Positions 36,614-44,074 of a DNA stretch of 64,000 bases are shown here, piece by piece (the first letter of the stretch is position 1; the number at the start of each line of letters is the position of its first letter). The notes below the pieces were generated by a model. It was given only the letters and a program-made list of their open reading frames with translations, did no database searches and was not told where the DNA came from. The position numbers were made by a program, and so were the translations under genes. The DNA is from a virus (Duplodnaviria > Heunggongvirae > Uroviricota > Caudoviricetes), in IMG/VR virus record IMGVR_UViG_3300033463_000001, positions 32,001 through 96,000 of that record, one strand, 5' to 3'.

Positions 36614-36685
36614 AGCGCGTTCATCAATTACCTATACATTGAGAGGTCTTAAAAGGGTTAATTGCCGTTGTTTCTCAAAAGCGAG

Positions 36686-36774
36686 TGCAAAGGTAAGTAA
36701 AATTTTTGACATACGCAAGTTTTTTGCCAAAATTCGTTCAAATTTCTTACTTTTGCAAAGTCGAGTTTACAAAA
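36686..36774 (-). promoter_or_regulatory. early cassette head: promoter + palindrome
   Basis: offset 65. Confidence 0.85.
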
Positions 36775-36790
36775 TAGGGGTGTTTTGTAC

Positions 36791-37036
36791 CTAAATGCCG
36801 CATTCGTAGCGTGCGAGCGTCCGCATTCCGTCTTCCAGCGTAACGCATTTGGAGAGGTCTGGACTATACTCGCTATCGTCTGGGTCTCCGAGTGCCCCCA
36901 TAGCCGCACGGAAAATGTCCCTTATAGCAGTCTCCGATAGGTCATTTTGGTCATAGCGTTCCACCTCATCAAGGAAGTACTCAAACGACTGCTGCATGTC
37001 CACGCGTGTAATATGCACCAATTCCATTCTATCCAT
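36791..37036 (-). CDS. hypothetical acidic protein
   Basis: start reassigned to MDRM. Confidence 0.7.
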   Translation of the reverse strand: MDRMELVHITRVDMQQSFEYFLDEVERYDQNDLSETAIRDIFRAAMGALGDPDDSEYSPDLSKCVTLEDGMRTLARYECGI

Positions 37037-37123
37037 GTTTATTTGCGTTTTAAGCGACTTTCGTTGTTTGGCTGATAAGTTGGCTTGCTGGGACTTAATC
37101 GTCCCACACAAGCCGTTTTGTGG

Positions 37124-37516
37124 TTAGCGGGCTGACATTTTAGATTTGGTCAGGTAGATACCGCATGGGGTGTCTTCCGTTATCTCGTCATAGTCCAGCA
37201 GTTTGGGTTCGCCCTCGTTGAGGAATGCAATGGTGTCATCCACCATTTCTTCCAGCGTGTTGAACTCATACTCATACTGCTTGACCTCTGCCTGCAACTC
37301 AATGATACGCGTCTTATAGTCTCCCTCGCGCTTGTCCGCCTGAACGTCCCTTATGAAGTCGGCGAGCGGCACGATACAGAATGTGAAGTCGGTGCGTACA
37401 TACGGAGCGTGTTCTATATCGTCCGTGAACGTGTGCAGAATGTGCATGTCCTTTGGTGCACCCTCTACTTGCTCAATGGAATAGAGGTCTCTCTCTAAAA
37501 AGTCTTGTTTGTTCAT
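37124..37516 (-). CDS. hypothetical acidic protein
   Basis: operon packing. Confidence 0.8.
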   Translation of the reverse strand: MNKQDFLERDLYSIEQVEGAPKDMHILHTFTDDIEHAPYVRTDFTFCIVPLADFIRDVQADKREGDYKTRIIELQAEVKQYEYEFNTLEEMVDDTIAFLNEGEPKLLDYDEITEDTPCGIYLTKSKMSAR

Positions 37517-37517
37517 A

Positions 37518-37775
37518 TCACTTCTTATCGTAAAAGTCGTTGGTGCTCGGTTTTACTACTACGGTAAACAAAATACCTGTTCCCAGCGCGAGGACAAGAG
37601 CGGTGTCCGCCTTGCGGTTCTTTCCGTGTTCCACGTACGCCACATATCTTTGCAGGGTCTCTTTGTTTCGGTTCATCAAGCGTTTCCAAACCTTTAGAAG
37701 TTGCTTTTCGTGAATGGGGTGGTTCTCCTGCTCGTAAGCGGCAATCAGTTGCTCAATCAATGCTTTCTTTGTCAT
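37518..37775 (-). CDS. hypothetical protein
   Basis: first gene after promoter. Confidence 0.7.
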   Translation of the reverse strand: MTKKALIEQLIAAYEQENHPIHEKQLLKVWKRLMNRNKETLQRYVAYVEHGKNRKADTALVLALGTGILFTVVVKPSTNDFYDKK

Positions 37776-37919
37776 AGACGCAATGTTTTGAATGGTTAGT
37801 ACTCTGTCCGAGAAATGAGTTAGGGGTTTGAAACTTATTCCAGCGGGTGTTGTTATCCTTATCCTACTTTGCGGTGCTCAACTTTTCGCACACTTTCAAC
37901 GCTCATTCTCGAAATTGGG

Positions 37920-38008
37920 TGCAAAGGTAAGTAAAAAAATTGACATATGCAAATTTTTCAGCAAAAATCGTTCGAAAAACCTCAAATTGCAAAGTCCACT
38001 TGACAAAA
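37920..38008 (-). promoter_or_regulatory. early cassette head: promoter + palindrome
   Basis: offset 65. Confidence 0.82.
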
Positions 38009-38077
38009 TGGGCACTTTTGTGGCAATAGGCGAGCGGTTTTTTGTCTCCGCTCACCTATCACAACCCCTTGCGGTGT

Positions 38078-38272
38078 TTAGTCTTCAACCTCAACTGCGT
38101 CAGGCGCACTATCTTCTTGCAGTCCGTCCAGCAGTTCCTTGATGTAGCACTCGCGCGCTGATTCCGCCTGCGCCAAATCAATTGCCTCTCTCTCGCTCTC
38201 CGCCTGCACGTTGATAGAGAGGTTCGTGTGGAAGTAAAGGGTGACGTTATACGTCTTCTTTTGCTTTGTCAT
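38078..38272 (-). CDS. DpnD/PcfM-like small protein
   Basis: YNVTL...INVQAESEREAIDLA. Confidence 0.6.
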   Translation of the reverse strand: MTKQKKTYNVTLYFHTNLSINVQAESEREAIDLAQAESARECYIKELLDGLQEDSAPDAVEVED

Positions 38273-38287
38273 AGTCCAAAAAAGATT

Positions 38288-38491
38288 TTAGTTATCGGTT
38301 TCAAATGTGCCGCAGGGACATTCAAGGTCTTCCTCAATATCTCCCACGTTGTCCTGAATGATGTAGTTCATGTAATCAGCACGAACCTTATCAACTGCCA
38401 ACTCTGCCGCCTTATCGGCTGCGCTCTCGTTGTCCTCAACAACAACGCGCGTTGTAATGACCAAAGTCACAAGTAATGCTTTCTTTGCCAT
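38288..38491 (-). CDS. hypothetical protein
   Basis: operon packing. Confidence 0.7.
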   Translation of the reverse strand: MAKKALLVTLVITTRVVVEDNESAADKAAELAVDKVRADYMNYIIQDNVGDIEEDLECPCGTFETDN

Positions 38492-38503
38492 AGCCGTATA
38501 GAA

Positions 38504-38980
38504 TTAAAATTTAGTCCACCAAAATTCCGTACCCATGAGGGTTTCCGTATAGTCCTTGCACCACTCGTCAAAGCGACCTTGATTCTCCAGAATGTCAAGG
38601 AAGAGCATAGGAGACCAGTCCAGCCGCTTGTTCATAAAATCGTGGCTCGCGCTTACCCAATGCGTTTTCTCCTTTGCGTCATAGTGAATATAGAGGAAAC
38701 TATCAGCAGGGACTACAACGCGTTTCTCTGCGTCAAAGAATGGGAGCAGAATGGGTCGGCACAAATGGTTCGCGTCCTTTGGGTTCGGCTCAAACTCTGG
38801 ATAGTGTTTCTCAAACCACTCATAGACGAGGTGCTGGCTTTCTATCTTGCTGACGAAGTTCTCGTCATGCCGTTTGGCTGCCTGCGACACGTACGTGTGT
38901 GTGTTCAGGCGTTCCTTGATACTTTCTACTGCGCGCAATGCTCTCAAATGCTCGCTCGGAAGACATAAATGGATAGTCAT
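38504..38980 (-). CDS. hypothetical protein
   Basis: first gene after promoter. Confidence 0.8.
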   Translation of the reverse strand: MTIHLCLPSEHLRALRAVESIKERLNTHTYVSQAAKRHDENFVSKIESQHLVYEWFEKHYPEFEPNPKDANHLCRPILLPFFDAEKRVVVPADSFLYIHYDAKEKTHWVSASHDFMNKRLDWSPMLFLDILENQGRFDEWCKDYTETLMGTEFWWTKF

Positions 38981-39004
38981 AATCGTAGGGTGTTAAAATT
39001 CGGC

Positions 39005-39093
39005 TGCAAAGGTATGTATTTTTTCTGACATACGCAAATTTTTAGCCGAAAAAGTGTTAAAAAACTCAATTTTGCAAACTCTACTTTGCAAAT
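39005..39093 (-). promoter_or_regulatory. early cassette head: promoter + palindrome
   Basis: offset 65. Confidence 0.85.
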
Positions 39094-39402
39094 GCCTCTA
39101 TCGTGCTGGGGTGCTGCACAATGCTCCAACTGCGAGGAATGTGCATACAATTGCCAATAAAATTTTGATAGCCATAGTGTCAAAACATTTCGTTATAGTC
39201 AACTCGTTCGTCCTCTGGGTCGCGTCCGAACTGCCGGTGGTCAAAGCGACTTGATGTACCTCCCCACCACCATTCTTCGGTCTCTCTACCCTCATAGTGT
39301 GTTGTTACCATAGTTGTACGTGTTTATACTAAATTAAGTACATTTGTGGTATGGGTGGGAACACGAACCCAACTTGTGAGTTCGCATTCCCTTTCTCAAC
39401 CC

Positions 39403-39960
39403 TTATTGAGCGACCTGCAACTTGCGTGCGCCCTGCTCAATGTATTGCAGACTTTCGAACTTGTAGTCGCGCACCACTACTTCGTCTTCTCCACTCAACC
39501 CTGCTGCGAGTTGCTTTGCCGATTGAGCCTTTGCAGGAATGTACGATAGTATATCGTCAAGGGTCTTTTGGTCGGTTACGACCTTTCCGTCCAACTCATA
39601 TAGGACATTCGCATGTGTGTTAGCACGCATGGTGGTGCGCAGGTACTTCTGCTCCGGGTCCTTGTCGGCACACAAAATAAGGTTATTGATTACCCATGTG
39701 CGCCCTGACGGCTTTTCCACCTGATATTCGGTGTCCATGCCTGCGCGCTCCAAGCGGTTGCGGACCGTGTTGCCAAAGTTGTAACATAGTGCCACATTGA
39801 CCAAGCGCGTGACCTTGCGGACGCGACCGATATAGGGGTTCGCGGTCTTGCGCATGTTGGGTTCGGTTGATGTAATGATAGTTACACCAAAGGTCGCAGG
39901 GGTTAAGGACTTAACGAAGTTGATTACTCGTTCTTGTTGTGCAGCACTCATAGTTGCCAT
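39403..39960 (-). CDS. conserved phage protein
   Basis: PNMRKTANPYIGRVRKV pattern; preceded by pseudoknot. Confidence 0.82.
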   Translation of the reverse strand: MATMSAAQQERVINFVKSLTPATFGVTIITSTEPNMRKTANPYIGRVRKVTRLVNVALCYNFGNTVRNRLERAGMDTEYQVEKPSGRTWVINNLILCADKDPEQKYLRTTMRANTHANVLYELDGKVVTDQKTLDDILSYIPAKAQSAKQLAAGLSGEDEVVVRDYKFESLQYIEQGARKLQVAQ

Positions 39961-40048
39961 AGTCTTTGCGAGCGGTCAGGCACTCGCGCCATTAAGTAAA
40001 ACAAAGGTTGTTCAGTTCTCGCAGGGACACTCCCTAACTGAAATCGAG

Positions 40049-40137
40049 TGCAAAGGTAAGTAAAAAAATTGACATATGCAAATTTTTCAGCAAAAATCGT
40101 TCGAAAAAGTGAATTTTGCTAACTCTACTTTGCAAAA
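40049..40137 (-). promoter_or_regulatory. early cassette head: promoter + palindrome
   Basis: offset 65. Confidence 0.85.
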
Positions 40138-40155
40138 TGGGGTCTTTTGTGCCGG

Positions 40156-40410
40156 TTAGTCCGTCCTATTGACTATCTCTAACTCCCAAGAGATTTTGTC
40201 CACATGGTCGCTTATTGCATGCATGATACGCACACATTCGGCTTGCACATCAGCACCCAGTCCGTCAGCGGCAAATACCGCTCCGTCTTCACACCAATTG
40301 ACAAACGGCTCGCCACCATTCCGGCACACCACGTTATTCTCAATCATGTTGATTAGTTGATTAGCAACGCACACACACGCAATTGCCTTGTAATCGGTCA
40401 TAGTTTCCAT
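40156..40410 (-). CDS. hypothetical protein
   Basis: start reassigned to METM. Confidence 0.7.
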   Translation of the reverse strand: METMTDYKAIACVCVANQLINMIENNVVCRNGGEPFVNWCEDGAVFAADGLGADVQAECVRIMHAISDHVDKISWELEIVNRTD

Positions 40411-40439
40411 TTGAACCACGTTTTTAGTTTGAAATCGGC

Positions 40440-40473
40440 TGCAAAGATACAAAAAAAATTTGATATATGCAAG
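40440..40473 (-). promoter_or_regulatory. Bacteroidota-type promoter, leftward member of divergent pair
   Basis: CTTG...TATCTTTG. Confidence 0.75.
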
Positions 40474-40585
40474 TTTTTGAGTAAAAAAATTTTATGTTGT
40501 AAAACATGTTTTTTCGTAAGTCGTTGTGTTTCAGCCGGTTACGTTGTTTGGCGCACAAGAAAAAAATGAAAAAATGCAGACGGGT

Positions 40586-40619
40586 ATTGCATATATGAAA
40601 AAAATTGCTTACCTTTGCA
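40586..40619 (+). promoter_or_regulatory. Bacteroidota-type promoter, rightward member of divergent pair
   Basis: ATTGCA...TACCTTTGCA. Confidence 0.75.
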
Positions 40620-40678
40620 GGCGAAATCGGTAACGAGACCGATGATGACCCTATTATTCATTATAAACGCATACGCAC

Positions 40679-40810
40679 ATGAAAGCGAAAGACATGGCAA
40701 AAATTCTCATGGAGCACCCAGATGCAGAGGTGGCTACCTACGGCATTCGTGGCAACGTGGAAAGCCACAATTTAATTTTCAACGGAGTGAATTGGTGGAT
40801 AGGCGCATAG
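40679..40810 (+). CDS. small hypothetical protein (43 aa)
   Basis: manual translation MKAKDMAKILMEHPDAEV..., below ORF-track cutoff. Confidence 0.6.
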   Translation: MKAKDMAKILMEHPDAEVATYGIRGNVESHNLIFNGVNWWIGA

Positions 40811-40849
40811 CCGGAGCGACCCAGAGACAAAATAGGGCAATAGACCCTG

Positions 40850-40938
40850 TTTTGTCAACTGGACTTTGCAAAATGAACTTTTTCAGCACTTTTTTGCGTG
40901 AAAATTTGTATATTTGAAAAAAAATACTTACCTTTGCA
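40850..40938 (+). promoter_or_regulatory. early cassette head, rightward: palindrome + promoter
   Basis: same 65-bp offset in inverted orientation. Confidence 0.85.
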
Positions 40939-41001
40939 CAAAATTTGACACGAACCCCTTTTAGAGGTGCAGGCAACACCATAAACACCGCCCCAATACC
41001 T

Positions 41002-41448
41002 ATGGTACGCAATATCTTCAAAGTCGCTGGACACGCTTACGAGTACACCACCAACACCACACGCTCGCACTATTCCACCACCGAGCACGCAACGCTCTAC
41101 CGAGACGGAAACGAGGTCTCTCATGGTACGGACACGTGGCTCAATCGTCCATGGTACGCTTACCGATACCAAAACGCTATCTCTGCCGCAGTCCGCAATT
41201 TCTTCCAAGAGTTAGCAGACCAAGCAGTAGCAGAGTGGAAGACCACCAACGGCAAAAGAGCCATTCCAAGAGCCGTTCGCGAAGAGGTCGAAGAGCCGTT
41301 CCTCGTTGTGGCGCACAAGTTAATGACCAAGATTAACACCGCCAACGGAGTGAGCACACACAAACGCGAGACCCTCAAACAACGAAGGGCAAGGCTCGCA
41401 AGAGAGGAACGAGCAAAGGCGAAAGCCATGAAGGCGCAAGCCAAGTGA
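41002..41448 (+). CDS. conserved phage protein with basic tail
   Basis: WLNRPWYAYRYQNAI; start MVRN after leader. Confidence 0.78.
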   Translation: MVRNIFKVAGHAYEYTTNTTRSHYSTTEHATLYRDGNEVSHGTDTWLNRPWYAYRYQNAISAAVRNFFQELADQAVAEWKTTNGKRAIPRAVREEVEEPFLVVAHKLMTKINTANGVSTHKRETLKQRRARLAREERAKAKAMKAQAK

Positions 41449-41457
41449 ACCGGAACG

Positions 41458-41573
41458 TGGGGAGGGACAGACACCCCTCCCCATGTCCTCCACCGGAGAC
41501 CCCTCCCCATGTACCCCCTCCCTGCGTAACCCCTACCGGAGGAGGGCGGTTTTGGGGGCCGTCATTTGGGGCG
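41458..41573. other. C-tract/G-tract patch with G-quadruplex potential
   Basis: at least seven C3-5 runs; acccctccccatgt repeated twice. Confidence 0.65.
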
Positions 41574-42166
41574 GACTGTTGGCCATAAAAATTTTTTGGG
41601 TCCTTTTTAAATGAGTTCCAGGAGGACCACTATTTTTTGGAATCGCGTAGTTCCATGGTTACAGATGTGCAGCAGATGAGCAATATGCCGAAGTAGTGTC
41701 AATATGGATATTACGTCGTTGTTGTTTTGGAAGTCCACTCGTCCTTTGACAACAGAATGGATTTTGGTACGAGATTCACAGTAGTTTTGTTATTAGGTGT
41801 TCAGGAGCCGGCATGGTATTTTGCTACGGGTGTGATTCGGGTTGTGATGATTAGACGGGAACAGTTCTATCCATAGTAGCCGTATTACTGTATGTTGGTG
41901 TATAGGCTTAATGGAATCGCGTAGTCCGTTTGGCGGTTGGTATGTTACGGATGTGGCCTGGTTTTTTTCTCTATGATTACTGAGGAAGTCCTGGTGTCAC
42001 ACAAGTGCATTTTGTCAATGGGTGTTAGTAGTGTAGGTGATAGTTTGTGGATGAAGTTAACTTCCGTCACAAATGTTGTTCAATTATTGGTGTGTGTTCA
42101 ATAGTTTTTGAACAAGGTTGTACGGTTGGTAGTATTTATTGGTAGCAATTAAATTAAGAATAAGAT

Positions 42167-42415
42167 ATGGCACAGATGTTTTTAATCAAGTATACTGGAA
42201 CGACTATTCAGGCATGTTGCTTCCCGTATGTCTTCTCATCCGCAGAGAAAGCACAGCGGTTTATCGACGAAGCTTGCTACTACCCGGATGAGTTTGTGGT
42301 AATCGAAGCAGAGAACATGGATGAACTGGAAGAGGGTGCAGGTTGCACAAAGGATACAATCGAAAAGGTTGTAGGTGAGAAGGTGGAAAGGCTGCTGCAA
42401 AGTAAACTGCAATAA
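42167..42415 (+). CDS. hypothetical protein
   Basis: TATTTAT upstream, terminator downstream. Confidence 0.75.
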   Translation: MAQMFLIKYTGTTIQACCFPYVFSSAEKAQRFIDEACYYPDEFVVIEAENMDELEEGAGCTKDTIEKVVGEKVERLLQSKLQ

Positions 42416-42439
42416 TTCGCTGTGTATACACAGATTTCT

Positions 42440-42478
42440 GCCGAAGGTAATGGTGAAGTCGTTGCCTTCGGCTTTTTG
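42440..42478 (+). terminator. intrinsic terminator
   Basis: gccgaaggtaa...ttgccttcggc-ttttt. Confidence 0.8.
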
Positions 42479-42505
42479 TTAGACTATATTAGCGTGTATT
42501 TATAG

Positions 42506-42772
42506 GTGATGGATAATTTGAAGCAAAGTAACGGCCAACCAATGGAACAGGACTACATAGACAACAATTACACCCCGGACGGAATTAAGTTCTTCGGGGA
42601 GAAACACCTATGGACTGACCCGGATGCACTGCCGTTCGTATACCTAACCTTCAACGGTATCAATAAACTATTCATCGGTGACTACGGAACGAATCACCAC
42701 AAGATACACCAAGGCGACATCCGTAAGTACATGGAGGAACATGGTATGGAATATCAATGGATTGACCTGTAG
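42506..42772 (+). CDS. hypothetical protein (N-terminal part; in frame with 42806-44074 across one TAG)
   Basis: reading frame continues ...IDL*HRKNRWSHDIEVDGRVW. Confidence 0.6.
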   Translation: MMDNLKQSNGQPMEQDYIDNNYTPDGIKFFGEKHLWTDPDALPFVYLTFNGINKLFIGDYGTNHHKIHQGDIRKYMEEHGMEYQWIDL

Positions 42773-42805
42773 CATCGCAAGAACAGGTGGTCGCATGATA
42801 TTGAG

Positions 42806-44074
42806 GTGGATGGCCGGGTGTGGCGCCTGATTCCTGATGCCAATAGGACACCAAGCAATGTTTTCTCATTCTGGAGTATTGGAAAGGAGATGGACGCTGG
42901 CCTGGTGAAACTGGTTGTTGACATGGTTGTTAAGGCGTTGCACATAGAAGACCAACCTATTTATATTTCGTCCGGGAGCGACGTGGTTCCATACGAAAAT
43001 GTCGGTGTTAACATAGCCGATAATGGAAATGTGTATGCGTCACACCTGCTTCCTCCTGAAAAGAAAAGAGAAGCAACTTCGGACTTTCGCAGTGCAAGAG
43101 ATAGCCGGCTTGGTAAAAAACTGACAATGTCCAACGGAAGCGAAATGACAATGGCACAATACAGAGCGCTGAAACAAACAAGTGAAAATACAATAAAAAA
43201 CATGGATAGAATACAAGGACTCCAGACAATAGTCAACGAAGCCATAACGTGCGTACTCAATGAGGCACCGGCTAAGAATGGTGACGGTTACTACATTGGC
43301 TTCGCATCACAGTTCTACACATTGTGGTACATCACCACAGTACACATCGTAGACAAGCGCGAGGAATACGACCTGACGAGGTTTAGTTATATCTGCAACC
43401 TGTCACATGACTTAGAACAGGCGAAGAGGAACGCAGAGCGTCGTGGCGTGGAAATCATCGCAGTTAACCCGGAACTAAGAGGTACACACTCTTGGGAAAG
43501 CCGCAGCAATGTCAAGGAGAAACTGGAGTTTAGTCCGGATAAGTATCAGTTTGGCAAGTGGGCTGGACAATACCTGTCATTCGGAGATGGCGACTACATG
43601 CTGTGGTACTACGACCAAATCATCAATAGCCCGTACTATGCGGAGAATAGGAAAGAGGTTGAGAAAATCCTACTGGATAACGGCTACCACATGGTGGACG
43701 GACGCGCAGTGAGCGATGAGGTTTATCAGTCAATGATTCAAAAACAGACTGATGCAGACAACGCGAAACAACTCATAGACTCCGGAGAGCCTATTGATGT
43801 CATTGCTCAGTCCAACCTCAAGGACGGATATCCGGAAGACTTTACATATTGTCGTGCAACATTAGGCAGCGAGCCAAGTGACAAATATATATGGTTACAC
43901 TTCAAAGAGTTCAAAGAGATGGTCTACCAGGGATTCCCGTACTACCTACCGGTTATCAATGGCAAGGCAAAGCGTATTAAGAATAAGGCATTGCGCATAG
44001 ACTCGTACACATACGTAGGAGATGCTGCAGACGGAATGCCGGCTATTGAAGTTCACTCATTTACTATGCTGTAA
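42806..44074 (+). CDS. hypothetical multidomain protein with internal ES/EA motif
   Basis: LQTIVNEAITCVLNEA; FGKWAGQ. Confidence 0.8.
   Translation: MDGRVWRLIPDANRTPSNVFSFWSIGKEMDAGLVKLVVDMVVKALHIEDQPIYISSGSDVVPYENVGVNIADNGNVYASHLLPPEKKREATSDFRSARDSRLGKKLTMSNGSEMTMAQYRALKQTSENTIKNMDRIQGLQTIVNEAITCVLNEAPAKNGDGYYIGFASQFYTLWYITTVHIVDKREEYDLTRFSYICNLSHDLEQAKRNAERRGVEIIAVNPELRGTHSWESRSNVKEKLEFSPDKYQFGKWAGQYLSFGDGDYMLWYYDQIINSPYYAENRKEVEKILLDNGYHMVDGRAVSDEVYQSMIQKQTDADNAKQLIDSGEPIDVIAQSNLKDGYPEDFTYCRATLGSEPSDKYIWLHFKEFKEMVYQGFPYYLPVINGKAKRIKNKALRIDSYTYVGDAADGMPAIEVHSFTML

Noticed and set aside
68-40569. Most + strand ORFs in 0-40.5 kb (e.g. 23431-24252, 30781-31371) and ORFs over tRNAs or ncRNAs
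   Set aside because: Antisense shadows of tightly packed minus-strand genes or RNA genes, with no motifs or promoters
13427-40938. Repeats as a CRISPR array or integron attC sites
   Set aside because: They are separated by whole genes at irregular 0.4-3 kb intervals, match the Bacteroidota promoter consensus, and lack RYYYAAC/GTTRRRY ends; no cas or integrase gene is present
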